Of a DNA stretch of 64,000 nt, positions 43,651 through 53,552 are shown in pieces. The notes beneath the pieces were generated by a model, which did no database searches, was not told where the DNA came from, and saw nothing but the letters and a program-made list of their open reading frames with translations. Origin of the DNA: Candidatus Moraniibacteriota bacterium (GTDB lineage: Bacteria; Patescibacteriota; Minisyncoccia; Moranbacterales; DUUL01); NCBI GenBank assembly GCA_041596615.1, contig JBFHIG010000006.1, positions 145 to 64,144 on the forward strand. Direction: 5' to 3'. Made by a program: the position numbers and the translations under genes. Numbering within the stretch: position 1 is the first letter of the stretch; every line of letters starts with the position of its first letter.

Positions 43651-44685
43651 TTATTTCTTATGCTTGCCAGCCAGTTGACCACAAGCCCCTTGAACATCCT
43701 CCCCCATGCTTTTTCTGATTGTGCATTGGATTCTTTCGGCTTCCAAGGTTTCTTTGAATTTTCTGGCAACTTCTTTTGATGAGGAGGCTAAATCTTCCCC
43801 GATGGAATTATAACGAATCAGATTTACATGCAACATTTGTAATTTGCCAATTGATTTTAGAAAAACAGCCAATTTCATAACGTCTTCCCTACTATCGTTG
43901 ATGCCATCTAAAAGAATATATTCGATGAAAATCTTCCTGCTGTTTGTTTGAAAATATTCTCGCAAAAAGTTGCGCAAGTCGCTGAGTCCATGTTTTCTGT
44001 TGGCAGGCATATATTGATCTCGTTTTTTGTCATCAGCAAAATGCAAAGAAATCGCAAGGTTCACCTGTGGAAAATCCTTTGCAAACTCCTCCATTCCTTC
44101 AATGATTCCAACTGTTGAAACAGCGATATTTCTGCTGGCAAAGTTAAAGAATTTCTCATCAATCAGAATTTCCAAACTTTCTTTTACATTTTTCCAATTC
44201 AAAAATGGCTCCCCCATCCCCATATAAACTATATTCGAAAATTGTCCTTCAATGTTGTTTTTCAAAAGGTATTGTCGCCAAAACAGAACTTGGCTGGTGA
44301 TTTCATCACTGGAGAGGTCTCTCTTGAAACCAGCCTTGCCAGTAGCACAAAAAGCACAATTCAAAGCGCAACCGACTTGTGAGGAAATGCAAGCTGACCA
44401 AGCTCCTTCTCTTGGAGCAAGAAGCACTGTTTCAATCAGATTTCCATCCGCAAGCTCCAAGAGTGCCTTGATGGTGTTTCCATCTCTGGAAACTAAAATT
44501 TCACTTGGAGAAAAAGGAAGCACAGGAATTTCACTGTCTAATCTCTCCCGCAAAACCTTGGAAATTGTTGAAATATCTGAAAATGAAAACTTCACATCAC
44601 TAAAAATTCCTTTGCAAATTTGTTTGAAGCGAAAGGCTGGCTCACCTTCTTTTTTCAAAAAATCTTCTAACTTTCTGATGTTCAT
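43651..44685 (-). CDS. rlmN: 23S rRNA/tRNA (adenine-C2)-methyltransferase, radical SAM
   Basis: CALNCAFCATG (C-x3-C-x2-C), MGMGEPFLN and a C-terminal GACGQL motif. Confidence 0.9.
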   Translation of the reverse strand: MNIRKLEDFLKKEGEPAFRFKQICKGIFSDVKFSFSDISTISKVLRERLDSEIPVLPFSPSEILVSRDGNTIKALLELADGNLIETVLLAPREGAWSACISSQVGCALNCAFCATGKAGFKRDLSSDEITSQVLFWRQYLLKNNIEGQFSNIVYMGMGEPFLNWKNVKESLEILIDEKFFNFASRNIAVSTVGIIEGMEEFAKDFPQVNLAISLHFADDKKRDQYMPANRKHGLSDLRNFLREYFQTNSRKIFIEYILLDGINDSREDVMKLAVFLKSIGKLQMLHVNLIRYNSIGEDLASSSKEVARKFKETLEAERIQCTIRKSMGEDVQGACGQLAGKHKK

Positions 44686-44774
44686 AAATAGAATATAAAA
44701 ATAATCGACTAAACATATAAATTAAAGCATGTAATTGTTTTTTAAGAAAGAGGAAGAGAAAAAAATATAAGAAA

Positions 44775-44812
44775 ATAAGCTTGGTGTTTAAATATACACC
44801 AAGCTTATTTTT
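44775..44812. terminator. orphan bidirectional hairpin terminator
   Basis: A perfect 13-bp stem ATAAGCTTGGTGT / ACACCAAGCTTAT, flanked by an A-run and a T-run. Confidence 0.6.
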
Positions 44813-45146
44813 GAAGTCGTTACTTCTTTTTTTATTAATTATCCACACGAGTTATTTCCGATAAGTCTTTTATCTCGATTTTTTTCTGCCAGCCTTAAGG
44901 CAAGTGACTATAAAATAAATTTATGGCGCTGTTCCATATCATCTTATCAAAAACTCATTTAAAATGCCCTCAAGATTAGCCAGATACTCATTGTATAAAA
45001 AATTATACTTATTTCCTAGAACCGGGTTACAAACCCGCTCCAGCAAATAGTTTTATTATTTTTTTGCCCTATAAAAACAAAAAACCCAGCAAGTAGCACA
45101 GATGAGTTTTCTGTTTTCTACTTGTGGGTTGTTTTGCATCTCTCCT

Positions 45147-45749
45147 CTATTCTCTAGAAAGAAAAGATGCCGTGTTTTGACAGGCATCGCACCTGTTGTA
45201 ATTGAATCCCCCCAGATTCATCTTAGAGAGTTTTTTGCCTTCACAATTAGGGCATTCTCCCTCTTTGACGAAGAATGTGACATGGTTGACTCCTTTATTG
45301 TTCTTCTTCAATTCCCTTCTCCTTAGGGATTTGTTGAAAAACTTTGCCAATGGAGAAGCATCCCCTCCAATTTCCCATCTAGCTAATTCTCTGGCCTCCA
45401 TTCTGTGTTTCCAGAATGATTTTTCTGGAGACTTAATCTCTAAGATTTCAAAAATCTCAAAGACGAAGGGGTCGTTGGGAAATTTTTCTAAGAACCAATT
45501 TGCCAAGTAGTTTTTTTCCTCTTCCAAAATTTTTAATACAGAGAGCTTCGCCCTGAAGCCCTGCATATACTCATCTTGGGAGAGATAATGCCCCATCAAA
45601 AATGAGACAGTATCTCTGTACATTTGAGAAAAATCCCTCTCCTGTAACCATCCTTCTTCTGAGGCATATGCTTCTCTAATTGGTGCTAAAAATCCCCTTT
45701 TTTCTATTATTTGAGCTATGTGTCGAACAATACTTCCGCTAGTTGCCAT
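45147..45749 (-). CDS. hypothetical protein with C-terminal zinc ribbon
   Basis: 200 aa with CPNCEGKK ... CDACQ at the C-terminus. A hairpin terminator follows on the minus strand (about 45075-45135). Confidence 0.55.
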   Translation of the reverse strand: MATSGSIVRHIAQIIEKRGFLAPIREAYASEEGWLQERDFSQMYRDTVSFLMGHYLSQDEYMQGFRAKLSVLKILEEEKNYLANWFLEKFPNDPFVFEIFEILEIKSPEKSFWKHRMEARELARWEIGGDASPLAKFFNKSLRRRELKKNNKGVNHVTFFVKEGECPNCEGKKLSKMNLGGFNYNRCDACQNTASFLSRE

Positions 45750-45887
45750 TTTAATTCCCCCATTCTTTCCAATTTTTTAGTTGCTTGATTGCTAAACTAC
45801 CGCTAATATTTTACGACTGTTCATGATAGCACATTTAGTGCTATTTGTCAAGGTCAAGATGCTAAATTATATTGCAACATGTCCACC

Positions 45888-45991
45888 TGTCATTCCTGCA
45901 AAAGCAGGAATCCAGGCTAGTTTTTGATATTTGGAAATTTAAGCCACAAAACACAACGCGAGCCTGGATTCCTGTTTTCACAAGAACGACA
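45888..45991. repeat. REP/MITE-like palindromic element
   Basis: TGTCATTCCTGC-AAAA-GCAGGAATCCAGGCT, with GGAATCCAGGCT (45907-45918) also pairing to AGCCTGGATTCC (45961-45972). A related unit lies at 52100-52126. Confidence 0.6.
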
Positions 45992-46016
45992 CCAAAGAAA
46001 ACTAAGAATCGTTTCT

Positions 46017-48215
46017 CTACTTCCGATAAATCCGGAGGCTATTCGTCACCACCGAAACTGAGCTAAATGACATTGCAGCTGCAGCAATCATTGGGCTCAA
46101 GAAACCTGCCATTGCAAGTGGAATTGCGATAACGTTGTAGGCGAAAGCCCAGAAGAGATTTTGTTTGATGGTTTTGAAAGTTATTTTTGAAATCTTGATT
46201 GCTTCGACAACGAGATTCAAATCACTTTGCATTAACACAATTTGTCCTGCTTCTTTTGCGATATCAGATGCGCCTCCCATTGCGATTCCAAGATTTGCTT
46301 GGACTAGACTTGGAGCATCATTGATTCCATCTCCCACAAAGACAATTTTTTCACCGTTTGCTTGGAATTTTGCAACTTCGTCAGCTTTGTTTTTTGGCAA
46401 GACATCTCCCAGCACATTTTCAATTCCCAAACGACCTGCAACAGCTTTTGCGGTTTTAAGATTGTCTCCCGATATCATCGCAACTTTGAGTCCCATTGCA
46501 ATCAAATCCGCAACTACTTTTTTGGACTCAGCTCGAACTTCATCAGCAACGACAATTGCGCCAATCACCAAATCATCATGAGTAACAAACAGTCTTGTGC
46601 CTTCTTGGATTTTGTCATTGGACAGAATTTCTTGGGCCCATTTTGTGGCAAGTCCATTTTCCTTGAGCAACTTGAAATTTCCCAGCATCACTTTTTTCTG
46701 ATGTGTGGAGCAATAACCAATTACACCCTTTCCTTTTTCTTCCCTTATCTTTTCCAGTTTTTGCAAATCAATTTTCCTTTCTTTGGCAAAAGCACTCACG
46801 GCATTCGAAAGCGGATGCTCTGAATTGACTGCGATTGAAGCTGCTATTTTTAGAACTTTATTCTCATCAAAACCAGATTTTGGTTCAAGTAATATTTTTT
46901 CCACTTTTGGAGTTCCCTTGGTTAAAGTTCCGGTCTTATCAAATATCACCATTGAGATGTCCTTTGCGCGCTCAAAACTTTCTGAATTTTTGAATAGGAT
47001 TCCTCTTTTTGCGCCCTTACCAGTCCCTACCATAATTGCTGTTGGAGTTGCAAGCCCCAGCGCGCAAGGACAGGCAATCACCAAAACAGCGACTGCATTA
47101 ATAATTGCCAAAGAAAAGTCACCCGTCGTAAATAGCCAGCCCGAAAATGTTAGCAGGAAGATTAACAACACCACTGGAACAAAAACACCAGAGACCTTAT
47201 CAACAAGTTTTTGAATTTCCGCTTTTGATCCTTGTGCTTCTTCCACCGTTTTAATAATCTGTGCAAGAACTGTCCCCTCGCCTATTTCTGTCACTTTGAT
47301 TTTCAATACACCATCCTCATTCAAAGTTGCGCCAAAAACTTTTGCTCTAGCATTCTTCTCTACTGGCAATGACTCACCTGTTAACATGGATTCACTCACG
47401 CTTGAGCTTCCTTCGATCACAATTCCATCTAAAGGAATTTTTTCTCCAGGGCGCACCACAAGCACATCTCCTCTGACAACTTTTTCAATCTCAACCTCTT
47501 TCTCTTTTCCGTCCACAAAAAGATGAGCTTTTTTGGCCGCTAATTCCATCAATTTTTTCATTGCTTCACTCGCCTTCCCCAAGCTTTTTTCTTCAAAATA
47601 TTTCCCCAGGATAATCAACGTGATAATGATTGCAGCTGTTTCAAAATACACCGGCTTTCCGCTAAAGACAGCCCAAGCGCTATAGAAAAATGCGACCAGA
47701 GTTCCCATTGAAATCAAGGTGTCCATATTGGTCTGCAATTTTTTTGCCTGCAAAAATGCCATACGATGGAAACGGGCACCAAAATAGAAAACTACTACTG
47801 CGGACAATAAAATATGCAGCCACATTACCAAATCAATCCCCAAAAACAAAACATCTGTGCGCAATTCTACAAACATTTCCAAAAGTAGCGGAATGCTAAT
47901 CACTAAAGCGCCAATAAAAGCCCTTTTACTTTTTTCAGCATTTCCCATTTCGTGATGATGCTCATGACCGTGCACATTCTCCTTGTCTGAAGCAGCTTTC
48001 TTTTCCTCGACATTGTAGCCATTTGCAATAATCACCTTATATAAATCACTTTCGCTTAAAATATCACTGTTAAATTCCACGGTTGCTTTTTTGTTTGCAA
48101 AATTAACATTGGCCTTGAAAATACCCGCTGTCTTCTCGAGCGCCTTTTCGTTATTAAGTGCGCAACTGGCACAAGTCATTCCCAGGATTCTGATTGTAAC
48201 AGTTTTCTTTGTCAT
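46017..48215 (-). CDS. copA: copper-translocating P1B-type ATPase
   Basis: N-terminal HMA (GMTCASCA), [17 protein letters not shown] and GDGINDAP. Confidence 0.93.
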   Translation of the reverse strand: MTKKTVTIRILGMTCASCALNNEKALEKTAGIFKANVNFANKKATVEFNSDILSESDLYKVIIANGYNVEEKKAASDKENVHGHEHHHEMGNAEKSKRAFIGALVISIPLLLEMFVELRTDVLFLGIDLVMWLHILLSAVVVFYFGARFHRMAFLQAKKLQTNMDTLISMGTLVAFFYSAWAVFSGKPVYFETAAIIITLIILGKYFEEKSLGKASEAMKKLMELAAKKAHLFVDGKEKEVEIEKVVRGDVLVVRPGEKIPLDGIVIEGSSSVSESMLTGESLPVEKNARAKVFGATLNEDGVLKIKVTEIGEGTVLAQIIKTVEEAQGSKAEIQKLVDKVSGVFVPVVLLIFLLTFSGWLFTTGDFSLAIINAVAVLVIACPCALGLATPTAIMVGTGKGAKRGILFKNSESFERAKDISMVIFDKTGTLTKGTPKVEKILLEPKSGFDENKVLKIAASIAVNSEHPLSNAVSAFAKERKIDLQKLEKIREEKGKGVIGYCSTHQKKVMLGNFKLLKENGLATKWAQEILSNDKIQEGTRLFVTHDDLVIGAIVVADEVRAESKKVVADLIAMGLKVAMISGDNLKTAKAVAGRLGIENVLGDVLPKNKADEVAKFQANGEKIVFVGDGINDAPSLVQANLGIAMGGASDIAKEAGQIVLMQSDLNLVVEAIKISKITFKTIKQNLFWAFAYNVIAIPLAMAGFLSPMIAAAAMSFSSVSVVTNSLRIYRK

Positions 48216-48236
48216 CTTATTTATGTTTAATTTTGC

Positions 48237-49628
48237 TTATTCTACAATGAATTTCCCTCTTACCATTCCCATCCAACAGCTAAAAGGAAGTACACCAGTT
48301 TCTGTTGGGGTAAATTCTAAAATATTCTCTCCCTTTTTTATATCAACCGCTTTGTCTAAGCTGGGAATGATAATTCGATTAGTACAGCCAGAAACTTGTA
48401 CCCCTTTAATCGCCCAGCGAACAGGAACTCCTTTTTTAATTTTCAAAACGCTTGGTTCAAAGCCTTTGTTTGTGACGCTCATTTCCACTACCATAGCATC
48501 TGCGGAATTTTCACTCACTGCCTTTGTTTCCGATGACTTTCTTGTTAAGATTTCTTTAGCCTGAGTGGTTTCTGTTTTTTTGCCACTTTCTAGCACCGCA
48601 GTTTCAACTCCTAAAAGTGATCTACCTGAATTGAGGGTAAAAATTGCAAAAATAACCACAATCATCCCGGCAACCTTTTGAAAAACAAGCATCTTCTTAC
48701 CACTAGTCCAAGACGTTGTGATTCCCAAAAGCAAAAGAACTGGCAATGTTCCTAGTGCAAAGAAGAATAAATTCAAACCCCCAGAGAGAAAACTCCCAGA
48801 AGAAATTGCATAGAGTTGCATACTTTGAGTGAAACCACAAGGAAGTAGAAACGAAAGACCTCCCAACAAAAACGGTGCTGCCTTATGCTCAGATTCTCTT
48901 AGATATTTCCAATATTTGGTCAATCCTTTTGGCAGACTGACACCTAGTTTTGTAATCGAAGGTACTAAACCAAGAATGTTGAGCCCTAGCCAAATCATAA
49001 TTATCGCAACTGAAATTGTCAGGATCGCCACAGCATTTCCACTAACACTTATCTCTCCCCCAATAAGTCCCAAAAGTCCTCCAAGTAAAAAGAAGGTGGC
49101 AAGTCTCCCCACATGGAAAAACAAGTTCGGTTTCACAGCGGAGGCAAAAAATCCTTTTTCTCCATTTCTATATTTTTCCCCAAAAGCAATAATCACCCCT
49201 CCAACAACCGCAAGACAAGAAGAGAGCGAGGCTACCATTCCAATTAAAAACGAAACCCCATAACCAACATTTCCGTTGCTAAGATCTGCCTTATCGACAA
49301 TCCCTATGTTTTGAAAAATTCTAAATAGAAACAATATTCCAATAACAATTAGAATTGCTTTTATCCATTCTTGCCAACTAGCCAAAATTTTATGATTGGA
49401 AAATTTTTCACTCGGCTTTTTTTCAAAGGCCCGATAATCAAATTTCTTTGCCACTTTTCGCAATTGTGAGAAATTAGGTTCTTGTGTGGTATAGTCAATC
49501 TCGGCTTCCCCCAAAACACAATTGACTCGTACTTTTTCGACACCAGAGACAACCCCAAACTCTGTTTCGAGCAACTTCTCACAACTCTTGCAGTGCATTC
49601 CTGCTATGTAAATTTTTTTAGTTTTCAT
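48237..49628 (-). CDS. three-domain metal-handling membrane protein: HMA domain + TauE/DsbD-like permease core + C-terminal cupredoxin-like domain
   Basis: GMHCKSCEKL (HMA), about 6 TM helices, and a C-terminal beta-rich domain ending SGCTNRIIIP ... FSCWMGMVRG (Cys/Met ligand-like). Confidence 0.6.
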   Translation of the reverse strand: MKTKKIYIAGMHCKSCEKLLETEFGVVSGVEKVRVNCVLGEAEIDYTTQEPNFSQLRKVAKKFDYRAFEKKPSEKFSNHKILASWQEWIKAILIVIGILFLFRIFQNIGIVDKADLSNGNVGYGVSFLIGMVASLSSCLAVVGGVIIAFGEKYRNGEKGFFASAVKPNLFFHVGRLATFFLLGGLLGLIGGEISVSGNAVAILTISVAIIMIWLGLNILGLVPSITKLGVSLPKGLTKYWKYLRESEHKAAPFLLGGLSFLLPCGFTQSMQLYAISSGSFLSGGLNLFFFALGTLPVLLLLGITTSWTSGKKMLVFQKVAGMIVVIFAIFTLNSGRSLLGVETAVLESGKKTETTQAKEILTRKSSETKAVSENSADAMVVEMSVTNKGFEPSVLKIKKGVPVRWAIKGVQVSGCTNRIIIPSLDKAVDIKKGENILEFTPTETGVLPFSCWMGMVRGKFIVE

Positions 49629-49733
49629 GCTTTTTGTTAGTGACTGCTTAGCATCTTTTTTTCGTAGCCTAAATTTGGAATTTGCAGTAAAGTGTAAGGA
49701 TGTTAGGCAATTATTTTATCTTAAAATCAAACC

Positions 49734-50003
49734 CTATTTCGTCATTTTTTCAATTTGCAAAAGCTCCTCAACCATTTTTCTTTTCATCTTTTCGTTTGAT
49801 CCTTTCATCGCATTGGCAAAACAACTTTTCAAATGCCTTTCCATCAGTTTGTTATTTGCAGATTTTAAAAGCCCTATCACCGCCAAATTTTGTTGCATAA
49901 TGTCGATACAATATTCTTTTTCTTCAACCATCTTGGCGACTCTGAGGGAAAGAGTGGAGGCTTTTTTGAGTGCAGTGATTATTTTTTTATCTTCAGTGGT
50001 CAT
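49734..50003 (-). CDS. csoR: CsoR/RcnR-family metal-sensing repressor
   Basis: 89 aa. YCIDIMQQ ... HLKSCF gives the C-H-C ligand pattern of CsoR. Confidence 0.8.
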   Translation of the reverse strand: MTTEDKKIITALKKASTLSLRVAKMVEEKEYCIDIMQQNLAVIGLLKSANNKLMERHLKSCFANAMKGSNEKMKRKMVEELLQIEKMTK

Positions 50004-50036
50004 ATTTTTCTTGTCCTTATGCTTATTTAAGTAATT

Positions 50037-50061
50037 GTACCCCCCTGGTAGGTAGGTGTAT
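50037..50061. promoter_or_regulatory. candidate CsoR operator
   Basis: GTACCCCCCTGGTAGGTAGGTGTAT is a TACC-N5-GGTA pseudo-palindrome with a C-tract, about 35-60 nt upstream of the csoR start on the minus strand. Confidence 0.4.
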
Positions 50062-50196
50062 ATATCTCTATTTTAAACCATTCATTCTGAAAGTCAATCT
50101 CACTTAAAACCTTGCTTTTTAGGCAAAAAAGCTATATAAATAATATGAGAGATTATTGGCGAAGTGGGTTCTTAAAAAAATCAGGGAGGTGCTATC

Positions 50197-50643
50197 GTGA
50201 AAACTCAAAAAAAGAATTTGTTTGGAAGTATTTTTGCTGGTGTTTCAATCGGAGTTATTGTCGCGCTACTCAGTCATCAAATCCTTGCAATCTTTTTGGT
50301 ATCAGCCCCATATTCTGATTTCCTTCTTTTCCCAAGAGGATTATTCAGTAGTGTTCTACTAAAAACTCTTGGCTATGCCATAGCTCCGGGAATTCTAATT
50401 GGCTATATAGGAGGACTTTTTTCCTCAATAGACCTTCCTCCTGGAAACTTTTCTAAGTTTATCGCAGTCTTTGTTTCGTTGGTATGCATAATGCTTACCT
50501 GGTTTGGATATTGGGATTTTGTCTTGATAAGCAGTCCGGGCAAAATTGGTTCTTCTATTTTTATTACGGTGCTATCTTTTTATGGAATTTTTCCACTTAG
50601 CAAAAAAGTCTTGGTTCATTTGGAGAAATTTCGCTATAAATAA
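50197..50643 (+). CDS. membrane protein, unknown function
   Basis: 148 aa with four predicted TM helices and a GTG start. Confidence 0.5.
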   Translation: MKTQKKNLFGSIFAGVSIGVIVALLSHQILAIFLVSAPYSDFLLFPRGLFSSVLLKTLGYAIAPGILIGYIGGLFSSIDLPPGNFSKFIAVFVSLVCIMLTWFGYWDFVLISSPGKIGSSIFITVLSFYGIFPLSKKVLVHLEKFRYK

Positions 50644-50871
50644 AATAAGAGACAAGAAATAATCAAAACGGGCCTTCTAATTAAAAATTGGAAGGCTTGT
50701 ATTGTTTTTACGTTTCCCAGGTTACACTGGACAAAGTTGATATTTAATGATACAATTTTGGCGCTAAATGTAGTTCTTTTTGAAAATAGTGGTAGAGTTG
50801 TTAGTTAAATAAACAAAAGTTTTTGCCATGTCGGCTCTGAAAAAAGAAAAAACAGAAAAAGGAGTATTGCA

Positions 50872-51426
50872 ATGAAAAAAACAGCTTTGTGGGCATTATT
50901 AATAACAATGACAGTAATGGCACTCCTAGTAGGAGAGGCCTTTGCACTTGGAGGAAACTTGCATAAGACGATTGATTGTCCAAGAGCCTCTAACATGAAA
51001 AGAGGTTTTACATATTCAGCGTATTTTAATCCTTTGACTGAGGGAACATACCACCCAGAAGGTGTAATAACCGCAGTTTCGGTGCAATATATAATTGCAA
51101 AGACAAGCGAGGAGAGACCAATATCCGTTGAAGTATTCAACGGATATACTAGCGAAACAATGGGTTATATCTCCCAAGTTTTCAGGACTCAGTTCGCGGG
51201 AAAACCCATAAAAGACTTTTATGGCCCAAACGCCACAAATTCTTTTGGAATAAGTTTTACTTATTCAACTATACCAACAACACCCCTTGTAATAGGACCT
51301 GATAACGTATGCATTATATACGTTAATTGGACTTATGACCCTCCACCGGCACCAGAGCCCCCCACTGTAAATATAATACCAACCATTGTCTTGCCCCTTC
51401 TTTTGAATGAGAATGAGGAAGAATAG
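50872..51426 (+). CDS. secreted protein, unknown function
   Basis: Strong SD (AAAGGAG), the signal peptide MKKTALWALLITMTVMALLVGEAFA, and a strong downstream terminator. Confidence 0.6.
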   Translation: MKKTALWALLITMTVMALLVGEAFALGGNLHKTIDCPRASNMKRGFTYSAYFNPLTEGTYHPEGVITAVSVQYIIAKTSEERPISVEVFNGYTSETMGYISQVFRTQFAGKPIKDFYGPNATNSFGISFTYSTIPTTPLVIGPDNVCIIYVNWTYDPPPAPEPPTVNIIPTIVLPLLLNENEEE

Positions 51427-51434
51427 GCTCAAGG

Positions 51435-51467
51435 AACGGGTCGTCATAGACATGACGACCCGTTTTT
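51435..51467 (+). terminator. intrinsic terminator
   Basis: A perfect 13-bp stem AACGGGTCGTCAT / ATGACGACCCGTT with a 4-nt loop and a T-run. Confidence 0.8.
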
Positions 51468-51554
51468 CCTTTTATATAAATTAAAAAAGTCGAGAACAGA
51501 ATTGCTACTGTCCGACTTTTTTAAGGAATTATTTCTTCCCTATTCTTTGAATTT

Positions 51555-51860
51555 CTAAATTTTTTTCTTCTTTGTTTTCTTTTTGTTTTTATGAAATCTC
51601 CAATGTCTTTTTTCAACATAGACAACTTTCCACCAATATTGGCCGAGGAAATATCCATCTATAATTCCCACTAAAAAGATAAAAAATCTTAACCAAGCCG
51701 GAAGCTCTTTCCATAAAAAACCAAAATAACAAACGTCGAAAGGCTGCTTTGCTAGAGAAACAACTTCTTTGATATATGCAGCTTCAATCATTGCATACAA
51801 AAGAAGCCCCAGCAGAAAAACCAGAATCATCGTCAAGGCCAAATAGATTTTCTTTTTCAT
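51555..51860 (-). CDS. small two-TM membrane protein (paralogue of 40764..41066)
   Basis: GQYWWKVVYVEKRHWRF motif and a poly-Lys tail. Confidence 0.5.
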   Translation of the reverse strand: MKKKIYLALTMILVFLLGLLLYAMIEAAYIKEVVSLAKQPFDVCYFGFLWKELPAWLRFFIFLVGIIDGYFLGQYWWKVVYVEKRHWRFHKNKKKTKKKKI

Positions 51861-52099
51861 TTTTGTTTATATTTTTATTTAATTTAGTAGACTAACTAGA
51901 GTTGCCCATAAAATTTGTTAAAAAATTATTAACTATTTTAAAAGTATTCTTTTAATTTTTCTGTCCTTATGTTCGGAAGCCCTTCTTAATAAATCATTAG
52001 TGAAGCCAACATATAAAGTGCTGTACATTTTATTTGTCATGATGTAAAAAAATAGTGCTTTTGCATTTTATGCTATATTTTTTTGTTATACAGTCCAAT

Positions 52100-52126
52100 G
52101 AATTCCCGCCTTCGCGCGAATGACGC
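52100..52126. repeat. REP-like palindromic unit related to 45888-45918
   Basis: GAATTCCCGCCTTCGCGCGAATGACG belongs to the same GTCATTC-GC-loop-GC-GAAT family, in the opposite orientation. Confidence 0.5.
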
Positions 52127-52171
52127 GTGTGTTTCTAATTCTTAATTGTCGTTTACCTGCATTCCTAATTA

Positions 52172-52810
52172 TTAATTCTTAATTGCGTTACAATTTCCCC
52201 ACAACCCCTTCAATTCCTTCTGAGCCTTGCTCTCTGCAAGGCGGAAGTCTTTTTGATATTTATATTCGGAACCCTTAAAAGTGTATTCCTTTGCAAACCC
52301 TTCCTCTATCAGTAACTGGTTTATGAAGGTCCCATCATCCAAAAAAACATATCGCAGAAGCCTGCCATATTCGTCAACATCAGCTTGCGTTGGATCGGCC
52401 TCTAATTTAATTTGTTTACCCTCTAGCAACTCAATTGCGCGCTTTGTTGATTCCCCACCAAAACATTCCACAGAGCGATATTTTTCGTTATTCTCTGGGG
52501 TATCGATTCCAATCAAACGCACGCTTTCTGTCTCACCGTCGATACTAACAGAAAAAGTGTCCCCATCAGTTATTTGCAAAACTGTATAAAAAGTTTCCAG
52601 CTCTTCTTCCAGCACAGTTCCGGGATTTTTGCTATTTCCTTTTATTTCAGCATCCACACTATCTATTTCTTGATTTTCAGTCGCATCTTCACATGAGCCC
52701 CCATTCCATTTTTGAGGCTCTGGTTCAGGTGGAACACGAAATAAGATTGTAACAAAAAACCCTGCGACAAAACAAATTAAACCTACGAGAAATATATATC
52801 TTTTTTTCAT
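52172..52810 (-). CDS. secreted/anchored thermonuclease (staphylococcal nuclease homologue)
   Basis: VLQITDGDTFSV ... VRLIGIDTPE ... YGRLLRYVF are SNase-fold motifs. An N-terminal TM/signal is present. Confidence 0.8.
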   Translation of the reverse strand: MKKRYIFLVGLICFVAGFFVTILFRVPPEPEPQKWNGGSCEDATENQEIDSVDAEIKGNSKNPGTVLEEELETFYTVLQITDGDTFSVSIDGETESVRLIGIDTPENNEKYRSVECFGGESTKRAIELLEGKQIKLEADPTQADVDEYGRLLRYVFLDDGTFINQLLIEEGFAKEYTFKGSEYKYQKDFRLAESKAQKELKGLWGNCNAIKN

Positions 52811-52824
52811 TTATTTTTAGTTTT

Positions 52825-53496
52825 TTAATTAATTGAACCCCAGAATTCTTTTAAAAAAATTTTTATCTCTGGAATTTGCATCACTAAAGCGAAAATTAAA
52901 CCATAGAATAAGAGAGTGGCTATTTTAGAGGATGAATAGAGTTTAAGCGCACTTCCCAAGGATTGCTTGGGTAGCAAAGAGCGTCCATGGAGATTTACAG
53001 AGGAATATATTTCATCCAAAAGCAAATGACCAAGATACCCGATGCTCACACCTAAGCCCAGGATTAACTTGTGAGCGGGGAAAATTTCCAGAAAATCTAA
53101 AAGCCAAATCGTGATTAGCCCGAACAGAATTGCAGCAGGTACTGAATGAAAGATTCCACGATGATCTGTTAATTTCTCAAAAATATAACCAGCCCCAAAA
53201 CGAATTCCGGTAAAAACAAGAACTGGTGTCATAATAAGAATAAGCAAATCCTTTTCTTCATTATACAAATTCAAAAAAACTAACCCCGCAATCACTAACC
53301 CTAAAACACCAAAAATAATTTGAAATGGGATTCCCTCGTCCATATCAAGATCGGGCAAAAAAGAGCCAATCAAAACAGCTAGGAAAATCCAGAGCACTAC
53401 CTCTGTTGATGAAAAAAGTGAATAAATCAAACAAGCAACAATAAAGGCTATGCCAAGAAAAATTCCAAAGCTGATGTGAGTTCTAAAATTCGCCAT
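52825..53496 (-). CDS. membrane-bound metal-dependent hydrolase (YdjM/DUF457-like)
   Basis: An N-terminal FRTHISFG, a polytopic layout, and conserved His/Asp (PDLDMDEG, HRGIFHS, GHLLLD). Confidence 0.6.
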   Translation of the reverse strand: MANFRTHISFGIFLGIAFIVACLIYSLFSSTEVVLWIFLAVLIGSFLPDLDMDEGIPFQIIFGVLGLVIAGLVFLNLYNEEKDLLILIMTPVLVFTGIRFGAGYIFEKLTDHRGIFHSVPAAILFGLITIWLLDFLEIFPAHKLILGLGVSIGYLGHLLLDEIYSSVNLHGRSLLPKQSLGSALKLYSSSKIATLLFYGLIFALVMQIPEIKIFLKEFWGSIN

Positions 53497-53552
53497 GCTT
53501 TTGTTTTTATTTAAATAGAATCATTTCCGCAAAGAATATGAATCACAAAAGA

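Noticed and set aside
45034-45044. Shared 11-mer CCCGCTCCAGC (also at 61743-61753) as a regulatory motif
   Set aside because: There are only two copies with different flanks, and local pairing is clear (CGGGTT/AACCCG) in only one of them. An 11-mer match within 64 kb on two strands is compatible with chance.
45872-46066. Listed 64-aa ORF
   Set aside because: It is a translation of the REP-like palindromes (SFLQKQESR / IPVFTRTT peptides), and it overlaps the 3' end of copA on the opposite strand.
46165-49263. Many antisense or out-of-frame ORFs inside copA and the HMA-permease gene, and similar shadow ORFs throughout the track (for example 667..861, 2099..2521, 20702..21005, 26189..26584, 27266..27667, 56550..56906)
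   Set aside because: They overlap strongly supported genes and have low-complexity or Ser/Phe/Leu-rich compositions typical of shadow frames.
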